A stretch of 64,000 nt of DNA from Paramecium tetraurelia. Lineage: Eukaryota. Within the stretch, counting starts at the first letter, position 1. The number at the start of each line of letters is the position of its first letter. The position numbers were made by a program, and so were the translations under genes. Below, in pieces: positions 27,729 to 43,206 of the stretch. Location: assembly GCA_000165425.1 (NCBI GenBank), contig CT868674.1, positions 186,001-250,000 of the forward strand. Reading direction: 5' to 3'. The notes below the pieces were generated by a model. That model did not search any database and was not told the origin of the DNA. It worked only from the letters and a program-made list of their open reading frames with translations.

Positions 27729-28421
27729 ATGGATAAAAACAAATCAAAATATACTATTCCGTCATTCATTATTAAACTGCATGCTATTTTGGAGGATTTA
27801 GTAATGAGTAATATATATAGCAAAAGAATAATTCATTAATTATTACCTGGGCCCCCCAAGGAGATGCATTTATCGTTTTAAATCCCGAATTGTTGGAACA
27901 AAATATACTGCCTTAACATTTTAAACATAATCACTTTACTTCTTTCTTAAGACAGTTGAATATGTATGATTTTTAGAAGATTCGAAATCAGAATAATTAA
28001 TAAGTGTTTTGGCATCAAAATTTTTTAAAAGGAAAAGAGTATAATTGAATAATAAATTAGACATCTCTTAGTTTTGTTAAAAAGAAGCTAGAACAAAATG
28101 TAGTAAAAACAAAAGTTAAATCATCAATGTTTTTAAAGATTCTTAATAGATGAGATTACTTCAATAAAATAAAATTTGAATTAAGATGAATAATAATTCA
28201 CGCACATAATCAATTAACACGAGGTCATACTATAACAACACAAATAAATATATTTAGATCTACAATAACAAAGGGAATAAATGGAAAATAAATATGAAAA
28301 ATTAACTGGATAAGTTTAAGCAATAATAAGTTTGTAAAAAGTAGATTCGACTAGTTAATACTTAGAAGGCTGTTCTTAGGAGGAAGAACAATCAGAATTT
28401 TTCTATTCCTAAAATCTCTGA
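27729..28421 (+). CDS. HSF: Second HSF-domain transcription factor (3' end uncertain, may extend to ~28490)
   Basis: PSFIIKLHAILED, IITWAPQGDAFIV, LPQHFKHNHFTSFLRQLNMYDFQK. Confidence 0.85.
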
Positions 28422-28696
28422 TAATATTCATCATATTACGTATAATTAAATTTAAAATTGAAAAAAAGATGCAAAATTTATTATAAGCTTTGAAATGATT
28501 TTTTTGTCTTCTTAATTGATGGTTATATGTGATAATTTGCTATTTCTGTAGAAGTATACTAAATTTAAGGATAAATTTTGGGTTATTTTTAATAATTAAA
28601 TTTATGTTTATTTTTATTGCTAAATAATTATAACTACAATCTACCTCTCTAAGAATTTTAGATTACCTCTTAATTATTAGAAAGAGTAATCTAAAA

Positions 28697-30446
28697 TCAA
28701 TTCTAGGATAGATTTTAAAGATTTTTCCCACTATTTTTTATAGACTTGATATTTAAAAATTATGTGGCTCTTAGAGAATCAATATCCTCAGGAGTACGAG
28801 ATTCCTCATTAAGTGAGTATAATTAGAGTTTTTAATCAACATTTGCCTATTAATCCTTTAGTTATTTATTCAATTCATCATAAATCTTTCTCAAATGTTT
28901 AAGATCATATTATTCAATCCCTTTGAGGTCTTACTCTATATTTTTCTCCAAAATTTATCGATAATGTTTTTTCTAAATGTCTGTATATGTAGATCTCGAA
29001 CCTTTATTTCTATTTTATAACCTAAAACTTTAAAAAATAATATAATTACAATTCAAACAGCATATTTTATTATGACTCAACTGCATTGCGGTATATATCA
29101 AGATTTTCAATCAGATAATCAATATTGTCTTAAGATTATAGATTTTCATTTTTATTAAATGATTAATCCTCTTCAGATCCAGAGTTCTTCTTGTAAAGTG
29201 GTTTTGAGAATTTTGATTATTATAATACATCAGTTTAAGGTTGAACCAATATGCGTTAGCTTCCTTATAAAGAATCAGATAACAATTATGATTATTCAAA
29301 TTGACCTTGCAGATGGGAGTCTGATTCTGGATTTTTAATCTGAATTTTGAATTGTTGTAAACTAGTTTTATAATGTTGATCATCTTCAATTAATTCATCC
29401 TATTCAATATTTGCAAGACTTTTGATATGAATACCTGTTTATCCTCTATGAAGCTAAGATGATTAGTAGAAAGCAACAGATGGATGATGTTGAGAGACAT
29501 TGACTGCACTTTCTTGAGATTTCCCTAGATTTTTCATTGTATTAAGTTATTTCGATTTCAAAAGATGAGATTTTGATTTTTCAAATTCTTGGAGTATTTT
29601 ATCTTCCATTTATGCTACTTTTTCTTTCGCTTGTTATTCTCTTATTTATTCTTCTTTTTCGGCATTAAGTTAAATCAAATTCAGTTTATTGCTGATTTCT
29701 TCTTCCAAGTTCTTTATTTCTTTTGTATAAGTTTGATCAATATCTTTTATTTTTCCAGTGACTTCTAACGTATTTCCCATGAAGTTTGTTGTTTCTCTTG
29801 ATAATTGATCTTTAGTGAATTAAAGCAGTTGATAATTTAAGGCTATATAATTTTGTTGATTTTATTAGATAACTTTGTTACTCAATTGCTATGTCAATAA
29901 CTGATTTTGCAAAGCTTGATTGATAGTATTGACCTCTTTTTTATTGAATTCCCCTTTATGATATTATTTCATATGTAAATCAAACTAAGACTCGTTTGTG
30001 ACCACCTTATCACAATAAAGACATTAGATTAATTGGGTGTTTATAATTTTCTGCATAAATATTTCCTTCTGATTCAATTCTAATGACAGTTTTTTTTGTG
30101 CTGCCTTTATATTTACTTTGCTCTCTAAAAGTTTTTTTTCCGTTTTTCTGATCTAGAAATTATATATATACTCACTTGTTCCACAATGTCTTATGTCATT
30201 TTTTGGTTGTATTTTTCATACTCAATCAACTCTTCAGTGGAATGTTCATAATATTGTATTGCTAATTAGTGTATATGCAGTAATTTTGCTAGATACACAG
30301 GGTGCATAGTTTAAAAGTCCTCCAATTAAACTTGATACTAAACTTTTATTTAATTGTACTTTATAGATGAGGTTGAGATAATACTGTAACTATTCGAAAT
30401 CTGTGCATCCAGAATAGTTTTGGATCTCTTTCCAAAAATTAGACAT
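28697..30446 (-). CDS. DZIP1/Iguana-like protein (Dzip-like N domain, C2H2 zinc finger, coiled coil)
   Basis: LAKLLHIHQLAIQYYEHS followed by CLYCDKVVTNESQFDLHMKQYH and a long coiled coil; tiny introns. Confidence 0.6.
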
Positions 30447-30490
30447 TTTTATAAAAGATTAATTTTAAATAATTTATTATTTAATATATT

Positions 30491-31033
30491 ATGGGAAGGA
30501 ATAAGATTGACATTCAATATCTTAAAGATGATCGTATAAGGAATGTAAATTTATTATTTTAATTACTTATTCTACTATTTTTAGAACCACTATATAATTT
30601 AAATTACTACTTAATATTATGTTAGATTACGTTCAATAAAAGGAAAAATGGTTTGTTGAAAAAAGCATGCGAGTTGGCTGTGTTGTGTAACATTAAAATG
30701 CTGTTGTGTTTTACAGATCTAAGTGGAAATGTTTATTAATTCACCTCTACTGAAAATATTGAAATGGAAATGATTTAATCTAACCATAAAAAGGTTTTCA
30801 CTAAACAGGATGTATGTTAAATATCAAATATGTTAGTACCCTGGATTTCAAAAGAGAAAAGAAAGTGAATCTTAATCAGAAGCAGAAAGTGAATAAAGTG
30901 TCGACTAAAAAAGAACCAGAGCTTCAAGTAAATAACAATAAATTTAATAATTGAATCATTAGTAATAACAACCTAATGGATAATAGTAAATGAGGCTCAG
31001 AAATAAAATAGAAAATGGTGAAAAAATACAATA

Positions 31034-31070
<37 letters not shown>

Positions 31071-31672
31071 TAATTATAATAGCAAAATCAGTTTTAACAA
31101 GATTCAAGGAAAATGGTTAAAATGGAAAACAAATAGGAGGATTAAGATTTGTAGAAATCCAAAATAAGAGTTAAAAATAAAATGAATAATAATGATGAAA
31201 TGCTTGTTAATGACATTATCGACCATCAATAAGCTAGAAATTTTGATGATCTATATTAATGTGGAAATTATAATGATGATCAATCAAATTCCTAATAAGA
31301 TCACTAGGATTATAAGTAGTAACTATCAATGTTTACTAATTCTAATCCAATTAAACTTATGAAAATGGACAGTTTACTAAATGGTCTCAATAATAGCAAA
31401 CCAAATAATAATTTTATAAGTGAACAATACAATAAGTTCTTTAACAAAGAAAGAGTACTTATTCATTATTAATAAAGATTGATTCCTTAAACAATAGTAA
31501 AGTATTACAACCTAGTGTTTAATTTATTGTTCCACCCTAAGTGTATTTTAATATTCCTCCTTCTCCTATAAGTTAAGCAATGAACAAAGTCTATGTTGGA
31601 GTAGATGAACCAATGGAATATAATTTAGGACAGTCTCAATATATGGATGGGTTTAAAAAATACTCTAAATGA
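30491..31672 (+). CDS. MADS-box (MEF2/SRF-type) transcription factor with Q-rich C-terminus
   Basis: MGRNKIDIQYLKDDRIRN|ITFNKRKNGLLKKACELAVLCN; 81-nt interruption at 30545-30625. Confidence 0.92.
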
Positions 31673-31849
31673 AAATTTAATAATTTAAACATAATCATAT
31701 CCTAAAACAACAAAAAGGTTATTTTAATCTAATTTCTTATTGTAAGTAGATTTCTAAATAGAGTGTTTCCATCGATTATAAAATCTACTGTATCTATTAA
31801 ATGTTATCGAAATGTTGAGCCTATATATCTAAAATAATTCTTTAAATTT

Positions 31850-32370
31850 CATCTTATTTAAGATCCTCCAAATAGAAAGAATAAAATCCTCAACTTTTAA
31901 TAACAAATCATAGTTAATTTCTTCTCATTTTTTGCTTATACTTAATTTTCTATAGCAGGTTTAACTGTTGTTTTCAGAATTTAGACATAATGAATTCCTA
32001 AAGATTTTAGTTTGCTGAAATCTTAAGTGCTAATCTAGTAACTTGACAAATACTATATGGACAGTAAATTTGATTTATTTATTTTATTAGCAGTTTATAT
32101 AGAATTTTCTAATTATTCAAGATTAATATCAAAAGAAATGCAATGCTAGTTGATTTTAAATCTTCTTTTATTCATATGCAATTAATAAGATATGGTTATT
32201 CTTATTTTTCCAAATGAAATACTCTCTCTGTATTAAAATTAATATTTAACATTCTAAAATATTCATTATTAAAATCAGCTTTCCCAATACTATTGATAAT
32301 TATTTATTCGTTTATTAATTTAGCTTAAAGAAAGCATAAAAATTTATAAAAAATTGATCCAGATTTCATT
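31850..32370 (-). CDS. Hypothetical protein or gene remnant
   Basis: About 130-codon TGA-free minus-strand frame; start and splicing unresolved. Confidence 0.3.
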
Positions 32371-33093
32371 TTAATAATAATTTAATATAGAAATCTAATT
32401 TCTACCAAATTTAGATACAATAGTGTAAAACTTGAATTTTAATTTAAAATTATGTTATTTTCATAGTTAAATAAATAATTGAGATGCATTATAGTTTTAA
32501 TAACTAAAATGTGCAGCAGAATTTTGTTTTACCTTAAATTAGTTCCTTAGGATTGGATGTAAGATTGGAAAGTAGTAGATAGCAAACTCTCTTAATCATT
32601 CATACAAGAATTCGTTAAAATAATAAAAATAATATTATATATTCATTCAGATAAAATGAAATTATTAGTTTCCTGTTTCTTTTGTTACTAAATTTGTAAC
32701 AGTATATGAGTTTCCAATTGTTAAATTAATCAGATTTTTCAAAGTATCAGAAATCTTTAATTTAAGCAAAATTTCATTGTTTATTTTATAAACTACCTCA
32801 ATAGATAAGAATATCCAAAGATTATGTATCTTTTGGGGTTTATTAATATTATTAATATACTCTGGTTCAATAGATCCGAATTATTGGTGTCACCCCAAAA
32901 CTATCTCCCTTCCGTGAAAATTTGGAATTATTGTATAATACTCTTGTTCTTAAAATATACATTAGTATATGATATGATTGATTAAAGAACAAACTTCTTA
33001 GTAGTGCATTCTAGAATTTAAATTAAAAAATAGAACTTTAGCTTTATTTTAATATATTTATTTTAAACATCAAATCCACCAATTAGTAGATTA

Positions 33094-34177
33094 TCATTAT
33101 TAGAATTAATTGATTATATCCTCCCCCTCATTACTTTAAAGATAATAATTATAATTAGAAGTATCTCCAAAACCACTTTATATATATATATTCCTGTACT
33201 TAATCTTTGGTATATATGGTGCCTTGATATTTTTTTGAGCTAATTCTTTCCAATTAATATTTTTAAACCACTTATGCTTTTTGACATCATTAACTCCTCC
33301 TTTTATGTATCCAAGCCTGTTGAATGGTCTAACTTATAGCAATTATGAAATTAAATCTTTTGCTTCTCTATTTAATAGAAATGATATTTATTTACTTTGA
33401 AAAATAATCTGGGTATTTTATTTGCCCTTTTTAAATTTAATTAAACAAAATATGAAAGTCACCATAAAAAGGAAGAATTCCAGCCAAAAGTTCAAAAATC
33501 AACACTCCTAAGGCCCACCAATCTGGTGATAATGCATGACCTTAATTATGGTAAAATTCAATATATACCATGTTAACAAATGACCTCTGGGGCAATATAT
33601 TCAAGAAAGCCTGCTATGGTATAAGTTCTACCCTTTTTTTACATTTGTTTCGCATGGAAAAAATCTGATATTTTCAGATAACCATCAGAACAAATATGAA
33701 AAATTTCTGAATTAATGCACCGAAATAAGATATTTTTGGAATGCAAATACTCGAGTAAAAGAACAACTTGAGCAGCATAAAATCTCGTTTTATTATAAAA
33801 ATCTTACACTGCCAAATCATTATCCGGTCTGAATCTTGATAAAAGAGAAATGAGATTTCCCCCTTGACAATACTCTTATAAAATATAATAATTATCTTCA
33901 TCTTCAAAAGTATCAAAGGTTTTAATCTAATTAAGATATTATGTACAATGAAAGGACTTTTTAAGGTAGATAAAAATATTTGTTCCTATTGAACCTTATT
34001 CCTTAAAGAAATGTTAGAAGTAAGAGATTTTTTAGCATAAATTTTTATTAAAATGTAATCCCCAGTTTTTTTGTTTTTCGCCAATTTGTAAATAGAGAAA
34101 TCAATTTAGCATAGGGTTTACAAAATTCTATAATCCTTAAGTTTCTATTTGGCTTCTATAAATTTTTTTTAATCCAT
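33094..34177 (-). CDS. PKA catalytic-subunit-like (AGC) pseudokinase
   Basis: [53 protein letters not shown]...APYIP..GDTSNY are present. The G-loop, HRD and DFG motifs are degenerate. Confidence 0.85.
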
Positions 34178-34199
34178 TTTTAATATTAATGAATTTTAT

Positions 34200-34573
34200 A
34201 AATTTTCAGAAGTTTAATTAGATAAATGCACTAAGTTATGTGCCTTATGATATTACCAGATTTCGTCCGAATGGCAGAAAAAATCTAATTGGAATAAGGT
34301 TGAGCATAAAATTAGTTTCTATATCTTGCAAGCTTACTTTAATATAGTCAGCATTTATATTTCTGTTGTGTTGAGTTAAGCCTTTTAAATATTTTTATTA
34401 ATTTGTTCATTATTTGTAATTACCCAATTTTGGTATTTTTTAAACCGAGCAAGCAATTAGTCCTTTTATTTCTATAATTCACTATCTATTTTTTAATATT
34501 GATAATTTAAATTTGTCTAAATTTATGTATTTCTCTTCAAAATTCTTTCTAATTCTTGTTTCTGTGAATCCAT
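34200..34573 (-). CDS. Hypothetical small coiled-coil protein (ends uncertain)
   Basis: MDSQKQELERILKRN... open for more than 100 codons in the ciliate code. Confidence 0.35.
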
Positions 34574-35216
34574 CCTGTTTTCAATATCCAATTCAGTAAT
34601 ATATTGATATATTATATGATAATTTTATTCAAATGACAGTAATAAATTATTCGTATCAAAATTAAAAAAAAAATGATTCAGTTATCTTTTTCTACATATA
34701 TTTTTGCTAAAATTATAATTATTGTGATTAAACTTTAATTAGCTATGAAACAATAAAGAGCGATGATAAGATTAAGTGGGGAGCAAAAAGCATTTAAAAA
34801 CTGATTCTTTTGAAATATACTTTTATTTAGTAGTAAAATTCATTAAGTTGATCTTAAATTGAATTATTAGATTAAAAATGATGTTATATAATAATCAAAA
34901 TAATAAAAAATGTTCAATTATAGGGCAACGAATGAGTAGTAAGTAAGTGAAGGAGTACAAAAAATGAACCAGCTGTAGGAGCTATGAAGATTATAGATAA
35001 AGAATATTAACACGCTTTAGAAACCCTTAATACTGAAATTTATGTATAAAAATACAGAATAATAAGATTACTTATTATTTTGCAGAATAGAAATCGGAAT
35101 GTAGTAGAATAAAATTAATTTTAATTATGTTTATTTGAGCCTTTTAAAATTGAAAAAAGCATATAACATGACAACTATATTAAAACGGATTATATTAATA
35201 TATATTAAATTAGCTA

Positions 35217-36448
35217 ATGTAAAAAGTCTTAGCTTTTATAATGACTATTTATTTAGTCAGCTGTGTTGATCCAAGTATGGTGCAATTGAGCACCGAGAAA
35301 ATTGATGAGCTTTCCTAAAGTAATTTGGGGAGATTTATTATTGAGATGGCTCAGACTCATGCAGAAATGAGAGGTCCATTAGGTATGAATGAGAAATAAC
35401 TATAAAGATGATTTGGTGACGGCAATTGGAGATTTGGAGAATGAACTGACTGCTGAATTGCAATAATTAGAAGACGATTTTACTAGATCAACAAATCAAC
35501 ATCAAATAACTTAAGAAAACTTAGACATTAACATTGGTCAAACAGAAATCAACATTTTCAACGAAAAGGACTTTATTGATGCAATATTATTGCCAAGCAT
35601 TGATTAAACTAATTAAAAGATTGATAGATTGAATGGTTTTATAAATGACAATAGAGATTCTTTAGCTAGAGAAACATTAAATAGATAAAATTAACATTAA
35701 GCTTATCTAGACAGAGGTAATATAAATAAAGATTGTAGTGAGTGAACACCAAGGAGCTATCAGTGCTGTGGATGAGGCTTTGTAATTGATCAACTCTTTA
35801 ATTAATGGAAATATAGCATTCACTGAAAAAGCAACAATCCATTAGGCTGTCAAAAGAGTCAATAATAAAATCGCAAAAACCAGCACTATTCACCCAGTCG
35901 TTGAAGCCTTACTTTAATTGACACAGAACTTCTCAGATTAAGGATAAGCCAAGAAAATTAGAGACTTGTTATAGGACACAAGAAACTAATTAGTTAGTAG
36001 TCTGAACTAAGTAAAATGATATGCTATAAAATTAGGAAAATACCGACGAAAAATAGATTGAAGAGACTTGGGCAGAGAGATAAAAAACATTGAACACTGA
36101 GTATTAAGAATTCAAGAGATCACTCCTAGAAGCTACCTATGTTTTGGCTACCTATTAAAGTATTTACATATATAAATTTTATTTCAGATAAATTGAAATC
36201 AACTTAAGAAGCCTTGAATTAGAATGAACTTGATTTATAAAATTACAACGAATCTTTATGTAAACAATAAGATGTATCAATTAGAATAGGACAAAGACGC
36301 TCAAGCCTAAGAGATCCAAATTTACAATGAATTGAAGGCTCAATATTAAATTCAACTCTAGACTACTAGAAATGCTAAAGACTTTGTGAACTCTGCAGAA
36401 TTTAGCACAGTCATTAGAAACAAATTAAATTAAGGAGGATTGGCATGA
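35217..36448 (+). CDS. Trichocyst matrix protein / granule lattice-like secreted coiled-coil precursor
   Basis: Signal peptide MQKVLAFIMTIYLVSC, then SNLGRFIIEMAQTHAEMRGPLDDLVTAI and an acidic helical body; several tiny introns. Confidence 0.7.
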
Positions 36449-36470
36449 TTAGTGAGAATTAAATATTAAT

Positions 36471-37604
36471 ATGTAAATTACATAAAATTCACACTCACCA
36501 CCACCTATAAAAAAACAGCATCTCAAATTGCATGTCTAGCCTATTTAATTGCCAGATGCAAATGTGTTGAATAGGACTGTGGGCAATTCAGATCCTGAGA
36601 TTAGTAGTAAGATAATTAAGACAGAAAGAATTACAGCATTTAAGCAAAGCAAAAAGTTTCACATTAAATAAGTTTAAAACAACACTCATAATCGATTATA
36701 AACAAATCATCCAAGGCTTTTGTTATAAGAGAATGATGGTTTATCTCTGATATTGCAGAAACAATCCTTGACAACAACATCTGAGAAGATTATCACAAGT
36801 ATCATCTTACATATAGAAAATAGAATAATTAGTCACTGAGTTGAAAAACAAAATAGATTAGTAGGACTCCATCATTAGATTATAGGAGTTCAAAATTAAT
36901 AGATTATAATAGGAACTGTTATCATAAAAATACTATTGCTCAAATTTATTAGCTAAAATATTTTAAAATGATCCTAAAAATTAATACATAAATACACTGA
37001 AAGTTCCAAAAATAGGATTTCAAATTTAAGAGAATACTTAATTAAGTTCCTTATAGCCATCTTTATTAAAGCCATCCAATAATCTTGATTAAACAAGAAT
37101 TAAAAATTTGCAAAATCAAATTATATCACTCAAACTGTAATAGTAAGAATTCAAAAATTTTATCAAAGATGCTTTTTTCTCATTTAAAAAGATTATTTAA
37201 TCCTTTGAAACACAATCAAGAGAAAAGATTTAAGGAGTTCAAACTGAGCATAAATTACTTTTGAACTCTCTTGAAGAAATTATCAAAACGAATAACATGT
37301 AAATTACTTGTTTTATAATTTAGAAATAAAACAGAAGAACTAAGCAAAATCAATCAAAAAGCTGAAATTATTTGTTAAGAGTATATTCTTTCTGAAGCAT
37401 AAAAGGAGGTCTACTATTAAAAATGTCTTTCATTGTTAGGTTGATTTTTCATCTTATTTATTACATCAAATTAGTATAATTAGTATAAAATTTAAGAATA
37501 TATAACCTGTGAATATATCTTTTTCAATATAATTAAAAAAGTCTCTAAATCTCAAAGAATAATCGTCACGAACATTCAGTGATATAAATCGAAATAGTTA
37601 TTGA
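36471..37604 (+). CDS. Hypothetical coiled-coil protein
   Basis: Long open frame with tiny introns; Q/E/K/L-rich. Confidence 0.6.
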
Positions 37605-37702
37605 GATTAATATACTTGGATTGATATTCTATTGTATGTAATTTGCAATTGTTTCATAAAATAATATAAAATAATATAAAAATTGATAATTTTGCAAGAG
37701 AA

Positions 37703-38353
37703 ATGGATTAGGGATGGGAAGTAAGTGAAGAACACTACTTAGAACATTTAATGTAAAACCCTCTATTTTTAAAGAGGTAGGGATCTTAATAAATTGATAA
37801 GCCTGCCATTTTGGCATCTCAGGAATCACCGAAAACAAGAATGAGATTTAGAACAACCTCAATGGCAAAATTGGATGAGAGCAGCAAGCCTAATTCCCCT
37901 AACAAGAAGCCAGCTATGGAACCACAAGTAAAAGTAGACTCCCAAATCAAATCATAGCAGTCCTCATTGATATTGAAAACACCTATAAGATAACAAAAAT
38001 TTTAATTATATCCTCAGAAGATATCTCTTAGATCTACCCTATTTTAAACTCCCTTGGAGGAGTGTAGTCCAATCAAACTGGGGAGAACACTTTAGCCAAA
38101 ATAATTTAATCCTGTATTATAGAATATCAACGACATTCATTACAACGGAATGAAAGGCTAAACTAGATCTGTAAAGAGTGCTTCAATGAGCAATCTCTTA
38201 AATAATGATGAGCGTATAATGTAAAAGAAGAGATTAGAAGATTTCGTCTTCAAAATTAGACCACAAAGAAATGCTAGTATTCTGTATGTGAACTCTTAGA
38301 GTTCTCTCCAGACTACTACAGATGATATTGTACTTAGAAAAATCTAAAAATGA
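37703..38353 (+). CDS. Hypothetical protein, 216 aa
   Basis: Single 651-nt ATG-to-TGA frame; S/P/K-rich. Confidence 0.65.
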
Positions 38354-38374
38354 TTGAAATATTATTTATATTTA

Positions 38375-38845
38375 ATGACTAATTATTTATAGTAACAGAT
38401 TAAGGGTAAACAAAATAAAGATTAACTAATTAATGTCCCTAAATCAGAGAGACATCCTATGTTTAAAATAATGGATTAGGAATTCGCATTGCCCTCTATG
38501 CAAAATGAATAAAAATATAATGAGTTTATGGGCCATATTCGGTAACTTTTGGATAGAAACAAAGTTAAGTCTCATAACAATATAAACCCATTAAGAATTC
38601 CGAATAATTTCATATTGAACAAGGGCACTAAACAAGGTTCTAGGAGAACATTGTTTGAAACGAAAGTAAATGATGAGTAATCATAATAAAAATAAGTGCA
38701 AAATTAATAGATTTTGAGTGATCCCACGGATTCATAGACTTAAAGAGTATTATAGTATTAACAACGGATTGGGTTGGTAAGGAAACATGATAAGACCGAG
38801 ATGTAATTAAGATAGATTGCGTAGAAACATAACATAAAATGGTGA
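38375..38845 (+). CDS. Hypothetical protein, 156 aa
   Basis: Single 471-nt ATG-to-TGA frame. Confidence 0.6.
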
Positions 38846-38868
38846 ATTGATTTATTAATTATATACTT

Positions 38869-40130
<1,262 letters not shown>

Positions 40131-40432
40131 AGAACTAATTGAAACATAAATGTTATTAATTTGTTTAATCATAATATTTATCTAATAGTGTATAATAATT
40201 TAGTAAAAATATAACTGATTGAATTCTTGATGTAAACTAGTAATTGAGCTGTATTTGATATTCTAAATTATATGATTCATTGAGAAAACAATGTTATTGT
40301 TTTTGGTTAAAAATAAAAATAGAGGTGGTTTTAGATTTAAAACCATGTAAAAGGTATATTAATTTGATGTAAATTCTTGGTGTAATAAAATTAACAGAAA
40401 ATTTTAGTAGTATTATTAAATTAAATTTTGAA

Positions 40433-41637
40433 ATGGCTGATCTAAAATTCAAAATTCCTCCATCTAAATCCTTGGAACAGGAGAAATAAAAATTGCTTAA
40501 AGAGAAAGATGAAATAGTTTTTAGGTTTGAATAATAATGGATAAAGGATTTAGAAGAACCAGGTAAATACAAAAAAGGAATCAGAATAAAAAACTATGTT
40601 GATGGAAGTAAGTATGAAGGGGAAGTTATTAATGAAAAAAGGAACGGGAAAGGAATTTATCATTATAGTAATGGAGATAAATATGTTGGAGAATGGAAGG
40701 ATGATAGGTAATGTAGATTGAATAACATAGATTCCATGGAAGAGGAGTCTATATATTTGCAAATGGGGAAAGGTATGATGGGGAATTGAGGGAGAGTGCA
40801 AAACATGGAAGAGGAGTGTATTTGTATGTGAATGGAAATAAGTATGAAGGAGAATGGATGAATGATAAAAAGAATGGAAAGGGTTCTTATACTTATTTTG
40901 CAACAAATGAGAAATATGATGGACAATGGTTAGATGGAGAAAAACATGGAACTGGTATGTACATATATACTAGTGGTGACAAGTATTATGGAGAGTGGAG
41001 AGACGGGGAAAAGTCTGGCAAAGGTGTTTTTGAATATTAAAATGGATCCAGATTTGAAGGAGAGTTTTTAGAAGACAAAGCCAATGGGTTTGGTGTTATG
41101 CAATATTCAAATGAAGATAGATATGAAGGAGAGTGGTCTGGAGGATAAAAATATGGTTAAGGTACATATTTTTATGCAGATGGAGCTAAATATCAAGGAG
41201 AATGGAAAAATGAAAATTAGAATGGACATGGAATATTTTATTATGTCAATGGTGATAGATATGAGGGAACTTTTGTTGATGGCGAGCGTTGTGGCAAAGG
41301 AATCTATTATTATTTGAGTGGAGATAAGTATGAAGGAGAATATAGGAATGACGTTAGAAATGGTTAAGGAGTTTTGATGTTGACTAATGGTGATGTGTTT
41401 ATGGGAGAATGGGCTAATGGAACTAAGAATGGTTAAGGAAGATATGAGTATGCAAACGGAGATTATTATGAAGGGTTCTTTTAGGATGGTAAGAGATAAG
41501 GAAAGGGAACTTATTATTGGAAGAATGGGTAGAAGTATGTTGGCTTGTGGAAAAATGATAGAATGGAGGGAGAGATGGATCCTATAGTTGCCATCAAGTA
41601 AAGTAAATTTTCGAATGACTACTTAATTGATGTTTGA
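40433..41637 (+). CDS. MORN-repeat protein (~14 repeats)
   Basis: Tandem 23-aa YEGEWxxDKKNGKGxYxYxNGD repeats; one intron. Confidence 0.93.
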
Positions 41638-42079
41638 ATTAACTTATAATTAAAATCTTTACAAAAGTTTCAATATCAGCTGCCCTCTATGATTTTTTGA
41701 CTTTAGAAAAGATCTTTACATATGAACAATAAATATATTCTATCCCCGACATCATAATAATTATTATTGTTTTTACAAATTAAATAATAATCATGTATTT
41801 CAGTCAATATAACGAACCTTTTATAATATTTGTTACTACTTTTGAATAACAATAACAATTCCATTTTGATTTACAAATGCCATTAAATTTTCTCTAAATT
41901 AATATGATACAAATAGCGCTCTTAAATTGATAAAACTTAAATAAAACAGTTCTTCAAGAATGTCTTAAATTATAGCTCATTTTTACGAAAGATAAATCTA
42001 CAAAGTTAAATCTCTACGAATAAATGAATAACTAAAAAAAGTTCTAGGTTTGAATATATTATTATTATTATTAATTTTC

Positions 42080-43021
42080 ATGAGTCTAACATTACTAAAT
42101 AAAAAATATTAAGCGTTGATGCTTAGGGAAAAGCAAATCGAAGACCACTTTGATCCTGTAGGCAGACACAAGAAATAACATCATAATATTGAAGATCTTC
42201 GTTAAGATTATTAAGAAGACTTAGAGAACTACGGTATTTATTTATTGATATGGTTTCTAAGGATTTTCCAAATAATCTTTCAAGGCCAAAAAGGAATAAG
42301 AATTAGAAAACCTATAAATAACTCCTGAAAAATAACTAAGGCCAATGACTGCTCTAATATCGCCTGTTCAAAGTTCGGCATAAAGATAAAGACCAATTAC
42401 AGCACCAGGTCTCAACACTTAAACAAAATAAATGATGAAAATAGATGAAAATGAAGAAATGATTTAATTGCCATATCAATCAGAGACCAAATATTGGAGA
42501 AACACAAAAAAATATGATAAAAGTTTCATATTATTAATAATTTAATAGCTAATTAGAATGTTGTTAGAAATCATTCAGCTTTGAAGAAGGTGTCATTAGG
42601 AGGTGATTGTGAAAATTTTAATATTGAAGAAGAAGAGATCAAAAATCATCATATGATTGAAAAATAAATTGTTAAGAATCGCTTACTCTCCCCAACTTTT
42701 GTTTCATAAAGACATCAAATAAATGATAGAGACATCTAATAATTAACCGAAGGCTTCTATTAACATGTGGCTTTAGTAAAAGGCACTTCCAAAATATAGG
42801 CTAGTAAAGCATAACAAGGTTTCCAATTATATGATAATCTGCTTGACTTGATGAAAATTATTCAACAAGAAAACTCCAATAAAAGTCCAATAATTACAAA
42901 AACATCTTCTTAGGGATTCAGACCTTAAACTGGTGTGAGTAGATAAATCAAGAGCAATCAAAGATCTAGACCTTTCAGCAGTAAACTTCAATCAGTAGGT
43001 GTTAGAGCATTTTAATAGTGA
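42080..43021 (+). CDS. Hypothetical protein
   Basis: Open frames joined by tiny introns; RPMTA/RPITA/RPQTG motifs. Confidence 0.6.
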
Positions 43022-43206
43022 ATCATTTTTCTCCTAATATTTAATAATCTTTTGCTGACTTCTATTTTATAGAATAAAGTCAATATTTAAAAATTAAATT
43101 ATAATTTTATACTCATTTAAAGTAAACAATTAGATTGTTACTTCTAGTTATTAATTTATCAATTTTAATAAAACTAATATCATTCTCATATTTATTTAAT
43201 CAAAAA

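Noticed and set aside
32400..33050. Possible gene remnant next to the pseudokinase
   Set aside because: TGA stops in the frames examined and no identifiable family.
40294..41587. Supplied alternative-frame and antisense ORFs over the MORN gene
   Set aside because: By-products of the repeat's codon bias.
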